From an uncultured Chloroflexia bacterium (GTDB taxonomy: Bacteria > Chloroflexota > Limnocylindria > QHBO01): a DNA stretch of 64,000 bases. The position numbers and the translations under genes were made by a program. Below the pieces are notes generated by a model. That model was not told the origin of the DNA. It ran no database searches and saw only the letters and a program-made list of their open reading frames with translations. How positions within the stretch are numbered: the stretch's first letter is position 1; every line of letters starts with the position of its first letter. Where the stretch lies: NCBI GenBank assembly GCA_963825525.1, contig CAWGTN010000002.1, positions 736,001 to 800,000 on the forward strand. The letters run 5' to 3'. This document shows positions 10,108 through 23,348 of the stretch, piece by piece.

Positions 10108-11382
10108 TCAGGTACCCGATTCCCACGACTCGCTGTACGCCTTCTGCTCCGGGGTCATCGAGTCCATCTGGATCCCCATGCTCTCCAGCTTCAGGCGCGC
10201 GATATCGCGGTCGATGTCGTCGGGAATGCCGTACACGATCGGCTCGAGCTCATCGACGTGGGCGCGCAGCCATTCGAGCCCCAACGCCTGATTCGCGAAG
10301 CTCATGTCCATCACGAGCGCCGGATGTCCCTCCGCCGCACCCAGGTTGACGAGCCGGCCATCGGCCAGCACGTAGATGCGCCGGCCGTCCGGCATGAGGT
10401 ACTCCCTGGTGAAGGGTCGGACCTCGCGATTCGACTCCGACTGCTCCTCGAGCGCGGCCAGCTCGAACTCGTCGTTGAAGTGACCGGCGTTGGCGAGGAT
10501 CGCGCCGTCCGGCATGAGGCCGAAGTGGTCCCGCCCCCAGACGTTCAGATTGCCGGTCCCGCTGATGAAGACGTCGCCGACGGCCGCAGCGGACGCGGCG
10601 TTCATCACGCGGAATCCGTCCATGGCCGCCTCGAGGCCGCGAATGGGGTCGACCTCGCACACCACCACGTTGGCTCCCATGCCGTGGGCACGCGAGGCGA
10701 TGCCGCGTCCGACCCAGCCGTAGCCACCCACCACCACGGTCTTGCCGGCGAAGAGGATGTTCGTCGCGCGCAGGATGCCGTCGATGGCGCTCTGGCCGGT
10801 GCCGTAGCGGTTGTCGAACAGGTGCTTGGTCAGGGCCTCGTTGACCGCCACCACGGGGTAGCGGAGCATGCTGGCGTTGGCCATCGCACGGAGCCTGATG
10901 ACCCCGGTTGTCGTCTCCTCGGTCCCGCCGATCACCTCATCCAGGAGCTCCGTCCGCTTCGTGTGAAGCTCGTTCACCAGGTCCGCTCCATCGTCCATGG
11001 TGATGTGCGGGCGGTGGTCGAGAGCCGCGCCGATGTGCGCGTAGTAGGAGTCGCGATCCTCGCCCTTGATCGCGTACACCGGGATGCCGTAGTGCGCGAC
11101 CAGCGACGCAGCGACGTCATCCTGGGTCGACAGCGGGTTCGAGCTGCACAGCACGATGTCGGCGCCGCCGTCGGCCAGTGTCCGCACCAGGTTCGCCGTC
11201 TCCGCGGTGACGTGGAGGCAGGCACTGACCCGCCAGCCGGCCAGCGGCTGCTCGCGTGCGAAACGCTCGCGAATTGCGGCGAGGACCGGCATCTGGCGGT
11301 CGGCCCACTCGATCTTCAGGCGTCCGGCATCGGCCAGGCCGATGTCGGCGACGTCGTGCTTCACTTCGGTTCGCGTTGCCAC
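10108..11382 (-). CDS. ahcY: Adenosylhomocysteinase
   Basis: [63 protein letters not shown]. Confidence 0.97.
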   Translation of the reverse strand: MATRTEVKHDVADIGLADAGRLKIEWADRQMPVLAAIRERFAREQPLAGWRVSACLHVTAETANLVRTLADGGADIVLCSSNPLSTQDDVAASLVAHYGIPVYAIKGEDRDSYYAHIGAALDHRPHITMDDGADLVNELHTKRTELLDEVIGGTEETTTGVIRLRAMANASMLRYPVVAVNEALTKHLFDNRYGTGQSAIDGILRATNILFAGKTVVVGGYGWVGRGIASRAHGMGANVVVCEVDPIRGLEAAMDGFRVMNAASAAAVGDVFISGTGNLNVWGRDHFGLMPDGAILANAGHFNDEFELAALEEQSESNREVRPFTREYLMPDGRRIYVLADGRLVNLGAAEGHPALVMDMSFANQALGLEWLRAHVDELEPIVYGIPDDIDRDIARLKLESMGIQMDSMTPEQKAYSESWESGT

Positions 11383-12224
11383 GGGATTCGCATTGCCTCT
11401 CTAATCGGTCGCATGAGTCCCCAGCCGCCTCCGGTCCGCCGTCGGGCGAGCCGCTCGATGAGCTGGCTATGGGTACGGTAGCCGAGCCGTCCGTAGGCGG
11501 CCACGGCGGGTCCATTGTCGGCGTGAACATTGAGGGCGACGTCACTCATCCGTCCGAGGAGCTCGCCGGTGACAGCGCTCGTCACCATCTTGGCGAAGTC
11601 GTGGCCGCGAAAGTCGACGTGTGTCATGACGTTGCCGACCACGGCGATGTCCTCGCGCGGGTTGATGGCATGGGTGCCGGCCGCGCTCACGAGCCGGCCC
11701 CGGACGCGCACTCCGTAGTACACGCCATCCTCGACAACCGCGGCGGGAAAGCCCGCCCGGTACCCCAGCTGGTAGAGCTGGTTCAGATCGTCGATGTCGA
11801 GTGCGGTCAGGCGTTGTGCCGGCCCCGCGAACGGCGTGAACGAGTCTCGGTTGACCACCATGCGCAGCATCGCCACCGGCGTGTCGAGCTCGTAGAGCTC
11901 CGCGATCGTCGCCTGATGCCGCTCGGTGGCCTGGAGGTACGCGTCGCGTGGCTTCAGCACCGACTCCAGGATCGTTCGACAGCCCTCGGGGTCGCCCATG
12001 AGGAAGAGCGGCTGGGGCACCAGCCCTTCGTGGTGCATGACGAGGGCGGTGGCGCGCCCCGCCTCGTCGTAGGCCATCGCCCACGCGACTCGGGCTCGAT
12101 TCGGTCCGTCGAGGTCACCCAGCGCGTACGCCGCGTAGAGCCGATCCCGCCGCAGGTACGCGGCGATCTCGTCGCGATCGCCGACGGACCGCGCGCGAGA
12201 TCGGGAAGTTGCAGCTACGGCCAT
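11361..12224 (-). CDS. GNAT family N-acetyltransferase (FR47-like C-terminal domain)
   Basis: [17 protein letters not shown] acetyl-CoA motif A and [19 protein letters not shown] motif B. Confidence 0.85.
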   Translation of the reverse strand: MAVAATSRSRARSVGDRDEIAAYLRRDRLYAAYALGDLDGPNRARVAWAMAYDEAGRATALVMHHEGLVPQPLFLMGDPEGCRTILESVLKPRDAYLQATERHQATIAELYELDTPVAMLRMVVNRDSFTPFAGPAQRLTALDIDDLNQLYQLGYRAGFPAAVVEDGVYYGVRVRGRLVSAAGTHAINPREDIAVVGNVMTHVDFRGHDFAKMVTSAVTGELLGRMSDVALNVHADNGPAVAAYGRLGYRTHSQLIERLARRRTGGGWGLMRPIREAMRIPWQREPK

Positions 12225-12238
12225 CGGCGCCGCGGCCC

Positions 12239-12769
12239 TCAGTACGTGAGCAGCGCGTGGATCTCGAACTCGTCGAGCTTCTCGCGTCCGTTGAGCGCGC
12301 CCAGCTCGACCATGAACGAGAGCGCGGCGATCTCGCCGCCCAGCCGTCTCACGAGCTCGATGGTGCCCATGACGGTGCCACCTGTCGCAAGGAGGTCATC
12401 GACCAGCAGGACGCGCTGGCCCTTGGTGATCGCGTCGGAGTGGATCTCGAGCGTGGCGGTCCCGTACTCGAGCTCGTATTCGACTTCGATCGTCTCAGCG
12501 GGAAGCTTGCCGAGCTTCCGCACCGGCACGAACCCTGCACCGAGCTTGTAGGCGAGTGGCGCGGAGAAGATGAACCCGCGCGACTCCATGCCGACGACGA
12601 CGTCAACCGGCGTGTCGCCGACCTGCTCGGCCATGCGATCGATCACCTCGCGGAACGCATCGGGGACCTTGAGGAGGGTGGTGATGTCATAGAACAGGAT
12701 GCCCGGCTTCGGGAAGTCCGGGACCTCCCTGATCAGGGCACGCAGATCATCGACTGACGAAACGGTCAC
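12239..12769 (-). CDS. apt: Adenine phosphoribosyltransferase
   Basis: [42 protein letters not shown]. Confidence 0.97.
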   Translation of the reverse strand: MTVSSVDDLRALIREVPDFPKPGILFYDITTLLKVPDAFREVIDRMAEQVGDTPVDVVVGMESRGFIFSAPLAYKLGAGFVPVRKLGKLPAETIEVEYELEYGTATLEIHSDAITKGQRVLLVDDLLATGGTVMGTIELVRRLGGEIAALSFMVELGALNGREKLDEFEIHALLTY

Positions 12770-12889
12770 GGTGCTGGAGGCACTCCAAGCGAGTTGAGCG
12801 GCCGGACGGCTGCGGCGTGAGTCTAGCCCGATGCATACGCGGCAGGCAATGCGGCCTCCGTTTCAACCCGCTCGGGCACCACCACCGGG

Positions 12890-15766
<2,877 letters not shown>

Positions 15767-15899
15767 GGTCGCCTCCTGATCGTCGCCGCGCACGTGCGGC
15801 TGCGGTGAGAGTCGGCGCCGGACGGGTGCGCCCGTCCCGGGTCGAGTAAGGCATCCAGTATACCTCCCACCGGCCCGATCGCCGTCTCGCCGAGTGCCC

Positions 15900-18800
15900 T
15901 CAGGAAGGCGCCGGCGCTGCCCCGAGCGCGACGAGCGCCCGCATGGCGACGTCCACCGGATCGCGGCCCGGTGCAACCGGGATTCGAACCTGGTTCGACG
16001 CGCTGTCGGGACGCAGCCCGGCGACCTGCAACGCCACGCTCACCTCGTGACGGTCGGGCATCCGGGTCCACTTCAGGGTGACCTGTCGCTCCTCGGCCCG
16101 AACCTCGGGCACCCCGGCGGCCTCGGCCGCCAAGCGCACGCGAACCGCGGTGAACAGCCCCTCGACGGGGGTCGGGATCGGCCCGTAGCGATCAACGAGC
16201 TCCGCCCTGAGGGCATTGGCGTCGGCATCGGATCGAAGCTGAGCGAACCGTCGGTAGGCCTCCAGCTTGGCTCCCGAGTCCTCGACGTAGTCGTCGGGCA
16301 GGAAGGCGGAGCCGGGAAGGTCCAGGCGGACGGCTGCCGGCTCGGGAATGGAAAGCCGGCCGCGCAGCGTGTCGACCGCCTCGGCCAGCAGCCGCGTGTA
16401 CATCTCGAACCCCACCGCCGCCATGAAGCCGTGCTGCTCGGCGCCCAGGATGTTGCCGGCGCCCCGGATCTCGAGGTCCGAGAGCGCGATCTGGTATCCG
16501 GCGCCCAGGTCCGAGGCGCTGAAGATGGCATGCAGCCGCTTCCTGGCGATCGGCGTCAGGGGCGTGCCGCGACGGTGGAGCAGGTAGGCATGGGCCCGGC
16601 GATCGGATCGGCCGACCCGCCCGCGGAGCTGGTAGAGCTGGGCCAGGCCGAAGGTGTCGGCACGCACGATGATGATCGTGTTGGCGTTCGGGATGTCCAG
16701 TCCGGATTCGATGATCGTCGTGCACACCAGAACGTCGAACCGGCCGCTGTCGAAGTCGAGCATCACGCGCTCGAGCATGCCCTCGGCCATCTGGCCGTGG
16801 CCGATCCCGACCCGCGCGCCGGGGACGAGGCGCCGCACGCGCGCCGCGGCCGCCTCGATCGTCTCGACGCGGTTGTGGACGTAGAAGACCTGTCCGCCTC
16901 GATCGACCTCTCGGCTGATCGCGTCACGCACCAGCCCGTCATCGTCCTCGGCGATCCGGGTCTGGATCGGCAGGCGCGCCTCCGGCGGCGTCTCGATGAC
17001 AGAGAGGTCGCGGATGCCGACGAGGCTCAGGTGCAGGGTTCGCGGAATCGGCGTTGCGGACAGGGTCAGCACGTCGACCTCGCGCCGCATGGCCTTGATG
17101 CGCTCCTTGTGCGAGACCCCGAATCGCTGCTCCTCGTCCACGATGAGCAGGCCGAGATCGGCGAAGCTGATGTCCTTCGACAGGATCCGATGCGTCCCGA
17201 TGAGGATGTCCACGCTTCCCTCCGCCACGCCGGCGACGATTTGCAACTGGTCCTTCTTCGAGACGAATCGGCTCAGCATCGCCACCTCGATCGGAAACGC
17301 GGCGAGACGACGCTGCAGCGTCAGCAGGTGCTGCTGGGCGAGCACCGTGGTGGGTACCAGGAGCGCCACCTGCTTCCCGTCCTGGATGGCCTTGAACGCC
17401 GCGCGCAGGGCGACCTCGGTCTTGCCGTAGCCGACGTCACCCACCACCAGCCGGTCCATCGGCCGCCGCCGGAGCATGTCGGCCTTGACCTCCTCGATGC
17501 TCCGGGCCTGGTCGGGCGTCTCGGTGTACGGGAAAGCTCTCCTCGAGCTCGCGCTGCCATGTCGTGTCGGCGCTGAACGCGAAGCCCGGCGCCGATTCGC
17601 GTGCCGCGTAGATCTCGACGAGCTCGCGCGCGAGGTCCCCGACCGCGCGCCGGACCCGAGTCTTCGTCCGCTCCCATTCGGTCCCGCCGAGCTTCGAGAG
17701 CGCAGGAGCCGGTCCGCCGGCGTAGCGAGTGATCCGGCCGATCTGGTCGGCGGGCAGAAATATCTTGTCGGTTCCCGCGAAGTCGAGCTGGAGGTATTCC
17801 TTCACGTCGTCGCCGAACGTCCGCTGGGTCATGCCGACGTAGCGAGCGATTCCATGATCGACATGAACGACGTGGTCGCCGGGTTGGAGCTTGCCGATCA
17901 GGTCTCGCGTCACCACCCGCTTCGAGGTCGCAAGGCGGCGCACGCGGGTCGCCCCGAACAGCTCGCGGTCGCTCAGCACGATGAGGCCGCTCGCGTCGTG
18001 GGTCATGCCCCCGGACAGGGAGGTGTGCACGAGTCCGATGTCTCCCCGCTCCGGCAGCTGGCGCAGGGCGGCGAGCGACGCGACCGGGCGGCCGGCCTCT
18101 TCGAGCAGCTCGCTGACGCGGCTCGCCTGGTCGGTCGTCACCACGACTCTTCGGTCCCGCGCGGCCAGATCATTCAGCCATGTACCCGCCCGATCGGCCC
18201 TGCCAGGCAGTGGAGGGGCTGGCCCGAAGCCGGAGTCCGCCCCGTCCCCCTCCTCGAGGCGCTCGGCGACGACGGCCTCGAGATCCCGGAGCGTATCCAC
18301 CGCCGCATACGGTGCCGGCCATGAATCGGGGATCTCGCCGGCTGCGACGAGCCCGGCATGTCGTTCGGCTGCCTGGGCGTCGAGGTCCCCTGCCAACGCG
18401 GTGAGCTCGGCCGTGTCCGTGAGCACGACGTGTGCGCCGGCGGGTATGTGCTTCGCCGCCGCTCCGGCGGTCAGGTGCGCGGCCCACGTCTCGGCCGACT
18501 CCGCCAGGTCGCCCTGGTCGAGGCGAACGGCATCCTCGCGCAGCATCTCCGAGTCCAGGTCGGAGTGGCGCGCCGACATGCCCTCCCAGCCGTCCTCCGG
18601 CAAGAACTCGGACGCCGGCAGCAGCACGACCTCGTCCAGGCGGCGACGCGAGCCCTGGGACATCGGGTCGAATGAGCGGATCGACTCGACCTCGTTCCCG
18701 AACAGTTCGATGCGGACAGGCTCGGTTGATCCCGGGGGCCAGGCGTCCACCAGGCCGCCACGATGCGCGAACTCCGCGATGCCGGTCACCTCGACCGTCG

Positions 18801-19287
18801 GCTCGTAGCCGCCCGCGACCAGGGCCGCCAGAAGGTCACGCTGGTCGATCCGTCCCCCTACCCGGATGCTCGAGCGGCCATCTCGCAGCTGGTCGACGCC
18901 AAGTGTTCGCTGCACCACCGCCAGCAGCGAGGTGACGACCACGAGGTCTCGTTCGACGGCCAGATCGGCGAGCACCACCAGGCGCTCCGACGACTCGTCA
19001 TGCTCCGGCAGGGCACGCTCCAGCGGAAGCGCTGCCCGCTCGGGAAGGAGACGAAGCCGATCCCCGCCCAACCACGCGGAGAGGTCATCGACGAGCCGGT
19101 GCGCTTCTTCGTCGGTGCGCGCCACGACGACCATCGGCCGCTCGGAAGGCAGCCCTGCCCGGCGCGCGGCGACGAACGCGGGACGCGCGACGGCGGGCAC
19201 ACGAAGGACGCCCGCGGGCGGCAGATGAGGCCCCAGGGCGTCGATGAGCGGAGCAACGCGGCCGTCACCGCCGCGTGAGGAAGACAT
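15900..19287 (-). CDS. mfd: Transcription-repair coupling factor, split by a +1 insertion near 17530-17535 (probable sequencing error)
   Basis: N-half has UvrB-like RGGLVDAWP and RID VVHVDHGIARY; C-half has GDVGYGKTEVA, DEEQRFG, QLRGRVGR and TRCF domain. Removing one base from TTTCCCG gives ESFPYTETPDQ and joins the halves. Confidence 0.93.
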
Positions 19288-19316
19288 GGACCGGTCCATG
19301 GTAGCGGTACGGCGAA

Positions 19317-19892
19317 CTACTCGACCTCGAGCCCGTTGAACCCATTCATCGCGCCCTCGATCCCCTCCGCCAGCCACCGTTCGGCCGCGTCCGCACCGAC
19401 GGCGATCATCTCGTCTGCCAGCTCGCGCTCCGGGGGCTGAAAGGTGGCAAGCACGTGGTCGACGACCGCGCCCGTCCGACCGACGCCGATCCGCAGCCGC
19501 GAGAACTCGTTGGTGCCAAAGGTGCTGATGATGTCGCGCAGGCCGTTATGACCGCCGGCCGAGCCTGACCGTCGCAGTCGCACGCGCCCCAGGGGCAGGT
19601 CGATGTCATCGGTGATGACGAGCAGATCCTCGAGTGGATCGACCTCGGTCTGGCGCAGGGCAGCGTGGAGGGGGCCGCCGGACCGGTTCATGTAGCGCAT
19701 CGGCTTGACGAGCAGGACGCGCTCCGCGAATTCGGGCCGCGCGACCTCGAGGAGCGCGGCACCATCCTTTACCCGGCCGTCCCCGGTGTGGCCCCAGCGA
19801 TCGGCGAGAAGGTCGACGACGCGGAAGCCGACGCTGTGCCGGGTCAGCCGGTAGCGCTCGCCGGGGTTTCCGAGCCCGCAGATGACCTTCAT
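19317..19892 (-). CDS. pth: Peptidyl-tRNA hydrolase
   Basis: GLGNPGERY..TRH, KPMRYMNRSG, DDIDLPLG, GSAGGHNGL, RLRIGVG. Confidence 0.95.
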   Translation of the reverse strand: MKVICGLGNPGERYRLTRHSVGFRVVDLLADRWGHTGDGRVKDGAALLEVARPEFAERVLLVKPMRYMNRSGGPLHAALRQTEVDPLEDLLVITDDIDLPLGRVRLRRSGSAGGHNGLRDIISTFGTNEFSRLRIGVGRTGAVVDHVLATFQPPERELADEMIAVGADAAERWLAEGIEGAMNGFNGLEVE

Positions 19893-19977
19893 GGCGGCCG
19901 ATGGTAGCCGCACGCCGGGATCGAGTGGCCGGTGGCGTCGCACAGCCGACGCATCGGCGCTTCGCTATGCTCGATGG

Positions 19978-21120
19978 GTGAGGAGCGAGATCGTGATCAT
20001 CGGCGGCGGCATCATCGGCTGCTCGGCCGCGGCGATTCTCGCGTCGCGCGGTGCGCGAGTCTCGCTCGTCGAACGCACCGCCATTGCTGCCGGCGCGTCG
20101 GGCCGCAACCTCGGAGCGATCCAGCATCCGTTCGATGCGGTGCTGGCGCCGCTCTACCGAGAGAGCCTCGTTCGCTACCAGGCCCTCGCCGACGAGACGG
20201 GTGAATTCGCCATCGGCGCCGAGCCCGCCGGGCTGATGTTGCTGAACCGCGACGAGGCGGCGGCGGCCGAGCAGGCACGACGGCAGCAGGCCAGCCTGCC
20301 CGAGCTCCTTCCGCGCTTCATGGACGCCGACGAGGTCGCGCGGGTCGAACCGTCGCTCAGCCCCGGCCTGGCGGCAGTCCGGCTCGCGACGGGGTTCCCG
20401 GTGCCGCCCGCCTCCGCGACGGCGGCCTGGGCGCGATTGGCCGAGGAACGCGGCGCACGGGTGCGCATCGGCAGCGCGGCGACGCCCGTGATCGAGCACG
20501 ACAACGTGACAGGCGTCCAGCTTGCCGACGGAACGCGCATCGCTGCCGATGCCGTGCTGGTCGCGGCCGGGCCGTGGACCCCGCCCCTCGTTGACCCGAG
20601 CAGAGGGTGGGAACCGATCCGCGCGACATGGGGCGTGACCGTCCAGCTGCGGCTCGATGGAGCGGCGCCACGTCACATCGTCGAGGAGGACGAGGTCGAC
20701 GCGATCAACCGATCGGCCGCGGCGACGGCCCGTGCCGCGGCCTCCGACGCACCATCGGAAGAGCCGTCGTCGCTGTTCAGTCTGGCCAGCGCACGTGGCA
20801 TCAGTACCCTCGGCTCCACGTTCCTGCCTGACGAACCTGATCCATCGCGCATCGCAGCCCTGCTCCTGCGACGCGGCGTTGCGTTCCTCCCGGCAATCGG
20901 CGACGCGGAGGTGGTGGAGCGGCGGATCTGCGCGCGTCCACAGTCGGTGGATGGCCGACCCTTCATCGGGGCGTACCCGGGGGTCGGTGGCCTGTATGTC
21001 TGTGCGGGCCATGGACCCTGGGGGATCAGTACCGGCCCCGCTTCGGCGGCCATGGCAGCGAGAGCCATCCTGGATGGGACGTCGCCGCCACGCGAGCTGG
21101 ATGCCGGCCGCGCATTCTGA
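19978..21120 (+). CDS. FAD-dependent oxidoreductase, DAO/glycine oxidase family
   Basis: IIGGGIIG, GASGRNLG, AAGPWT, RPQSVDGRPFIG, GHGPWGI. GTG 19978 follows TATGCT by 6 nt. Confidence 0.88.
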   Translation: MRSEIVIIGGGIIGCSAAAILASRGARVSLVERTAIAAGASGRNLGAIQHPFDAVLAPLYRESLVRYQALADETGEFAIGAEPAGLMLLNRDEAAAAEQARRQQASLPELLPRFMDADEVARVEPSLSPGLAAVRLATGFPVPPASATAAWARLAEERGARVRIGSAATPVIEHDNVTGVQLADGTRIAADAVLVAAGPWTPPLVDPSRGWEPIRATWGVTVQLRLDGAAPRHIVEEDEVDAINRSAAATARAAASDAPSEEPSSLFSLASARGISTLGSTFLPDEPDPSRIAALLLRRGVAFLPAIGDAEVVERRICARPQSVDGRPFIGAYPGVGGLYVCAGHGPWGISTGPASAAMAARAILDGTSPPRELDAGRAF

Positions 21121-21130
21121 GCTTCATGCA

Positions 21131-21227
21131 GTGACATTGTGCGATCTGCACAACGTCGCAACCAATCGACAACCCGCGGCGGGATCGCTATACGCCATCG
21201 TCGGACTTAGGCTGCCTGCACAACGTC
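21131..21227 (+). promoter_or_regulatory. Candidate regulator site upstream of amtB: palindrome TTGTGC-N5-GCACAA plus 12-bp direct repeat CTGCACAACGTC
   Basis: Palindrome at 21137-21153; identical 12-mers at 21146-21157 and 21216-21227. Confidence 0.45.
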
Positions 21228-21252
21228 CATTCGACCGACGCAGGAGCGCCCG

Positions 21253-22479
21253 ATGCCCACGATCGATTCCGGAGACACCGCCTGGGTGATGATGAGCGCC
21301 GCGCTCGTCATGCTCATGACCCCAGGGCTTGCCCTCTTCTATGGCGGGCTGGTCCGCCGCAAGAACGTGCTCAGCACGATCATGCACAGCTTCTTCATCC
21401 TGGGCCTGGTCAGCGTGACCTGGGTGCTGTGGGGGTACACCCTGGCATTCGGCCCTGACACCGGACTCGGCCTCATCGGCGGCCTCGAATGGCTTGCGCT
21501 CGAGGGAGTGACCGGGGACCCGTCCGACGTCTACGCCACGACCGTCCCCCACCTTGCCTTCATGGCCTTTCAGATGATGTTCGCCATCATCACGCCCGCC
21601 CTCATCAGCGGGGCGTTCGCCGAGCGCAAACGCTTCAAGGCCTTTGTGCTCTTTGCGGTCGCATGGTCGACCTTTGTCTACGCGCCGATCGCCCACTGGG
21701 TGTGGTCGCCGGATGGCTGGCTGTTCGGCCTCGGCGTGCTCGACTTCGCAGGGGGGACGGTCGTCCATCTCTCCAGCGGGGTCGCCGCGCTGGTCGCTGC
21801 GCTGTTCATCGGACGCCGCACCGGCCTCATCGAGCCCGCCACCGAGCCGCACGACGTTCCCATGACCGTGCTCGGTGCCGGGCTGCTCTGGTTCGGCTGG
21901 TTCGGCTTCAACGCCGGCAGCGCGGTTGGCGCCAACGGCCTGGCGGCCACAGCATTCGTCACCACCAATACGGCGGCCGCCATGGCCGCGATCACCTGGG
22001 TCACCATCAGCTGGCTCCACAAGGGCACGCCATCCGTCCTGGGAGCGGCGATCGGCGCCGTGGCCGGGTTGGTGGCCATCACCCCAGCAGCCGGATTCGT
22101 GACACCCGCTGCCGCCATCCTCATCGGCCTGGGCGTCGGCATCGTCTGCTACGGCGCGGCCCAGCTTCGGTTGCGGGCCCGGGTCGACGACGCCCTTGAT
22201 GTCTTTGCCGTCCACGGGGTTGGCGGGGCGTTCGGTGCCCTGGCGACCGGCGTCTTCGCCACTGCCGCGGTCGGCGGCATCGACGGTGCGCTGGCCGGCA
22301 ACTCCGGACAGCTCGTCACCCAGATGATCGGCGTGGCCGTGGTGGCCGCCTACTCCGCGCTCGCCACCGGCGCCATTCTCTTCCTGGTCAACCTCGTCAC
22401 TCCGATCCGCGTGACCGGCGAGGCCGAAGCGGCCGGATTGGACCTGGCCCAGCACGGCGAAGTTGCCTACCAGCCCTGA
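21253..22479 (+). CDS. amtB: Ammonium transporter
   Basis: GDTAWV..MTPGLALFYGG, FQMMFA, AHWVW, DFAGGTVVH, LWFGWFGFNAGS, DDALDVFAVHG, GLDLAQHGE; CAGGAG SD. Confidence 0.97.
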   Translation: MPTIDSGDTAWVMMSAALVMLMTPGLALFYGGLVRRKNVLSTIMHSFFILGLVSVTWVLWGYTLAFGPDTGLGLIGGLEWLALEGVTGDPSDVYATTVPHLAFMAFQMMFAIITPALISGAFAERKRFKAFVLFAVAWSTFVYAPIAHWVWSPDGWLFGLGVLDFAGGTVVHLSSGVAALVAALFIGRRTGLIEPATEPHDVPMTVLGAGLLWFGWFGFNAGSAVGANGLAATAFVTTNTAAAMAAITWVTISWLHKGTPSVLGAAIGAVAGLVAITPAAGFVTPAAAILIGLGVGIVCYGAAQLRLRARVDDALDVFAVHGVGGAFGALATGVFATAAVGGIDGALAGNSGQLVTQMIGVAVVAAYSALATGAILFLVNLVTPIRVTGEAEAAGLDLAQHGEVAYQP

Positions 22480-22508
22480 CCGGCACCCCCACGGAAGGAG
22501 CACCACCC

Positions 22509-22649
22509 ATGGTCATCGCCGCACTCGTCTCGTTCGCCATCCTGCTCATCGCCTGGATCGTCGCGCCCAGCGCCTCCTCGGTCGCGGCCCCGGACACGTC
22601 GCAGTCCGACACCGACTCCCGCGCAGCCCCGGTGGCAGCCGCCCTCTGA
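22509..22649 (+). CDS. Small 46-aa single-pass membrane protein (MVIAALVSFAILLIAWIVAPSASSVAAPDTSQSDTDSRAAPVAAAL)
   Basis: AAGGAG SD 8 nt before ATG, GC3-rich codons, N-terminal hydrophobic helix; 29 nt after the amtB stop; below the ORF-track length cutoff. Confidence 0.7.
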   Translation: MVIAALVSFAILLIAWIVAPSASSVAAPDTSQSDTDSRAAPVAAAL

Positions 22650-22708
22650 ATCGGGCGACGTCGCCGATATTTCGGTCGGGGCACGCCGCGACGGCATGCC
22701 CGGAGAGG

Positions 22709-23296
22709 TCAGCTGCCGCTGGAGACGGCGTGGCCCGCCCGGTCGAACAGGGAGCCGGGCTGCCATTCGATCTCGCGATGGCGGCGGTGAAGGAGGCCCA
22801 GGACCTCGCGCTCCATCCCGCGCATGCGCTCCTCCTCGTCGATCTCGGCGTGGTCGTGACCCAGGAGATGGAGCGTGCCATGGATGGCCAGCAGCACGAG
22901 CTCTTCGACGACGCCCCAGTTGCCCTCGGCAGCCTGGCGAAGCGCCTGGTCGATGTCGATCACCACGTCCCCTAGCAGGAGCGGGCCCGGCGGTGAGATG
23001 CCGTCGTCATCGGTCAGGTGCGACTCGCGTCCGTTGAGCGCCCACTCGTGCAGGGGAAAGGAGAGGACGTCGGTCGGGCCGCGTTCGCCCATGTGGTCGA
23101 AATTCAGCCGTTCCATCTCGCCGTCGCCCGCCAGGGTCAGCTCGACTTCGGCATCCTCGATCCCGAAGGCGACCCCCACCGTTTCGCACACGGCCGACTC
23201 GAGCAGGGCAAGGGCCGCATCGGCGTCCAGGGGCTCGACCGCGTTGGCGATGCGATCGGGCCCGATGCGGTCGTGGAACCTGACCGAGCAGCCCAT
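22709..23296 (-). CDS. ybeY: rRNA maturation endoribonuclease YbeY
   Basis: PTDVLSFP, LLGDVVI, HGTLHLLGHDH. ATG 23296 lies 7 nt after TAGGAT. Confidence 0.93.
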   Translation of the reverse strand: MGCSVRFHDRIGPDRIANAVEPLDADAALALLESAVCETVGVAFGIEDAEVELTLAGDGEMERLNFDHMGERGPTDVLSFPLHEWALNGRESHLTDDDGISPPGPLLLGDVVIDIDQALRQAAEGNWGVVEELVLLAIHGTLHLLGHDHAEIDEEERMRGMEREVLGLLHRRHREIEWQPGSLFDRAGHAVSSGS

Positions 23297-23348
23297 GTCG
23301 ACCATCCTAGTCCCCTGACCGCCCGAGGCTCAAGGGCTCACCCCGCGG

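Noticed and set aside
15767-15899. Two small hairpins in the acnA leader as an IRE-like element
   Set aside because: No CAGUG loop, and short GC stems are expected at this base composition.
19825-19845. Pth has RHS instead of the usual RHN after the catalytic His
   Set aside because: The catalytic His and all other motifs are intact; a single substitution is not enough to infer altered function.
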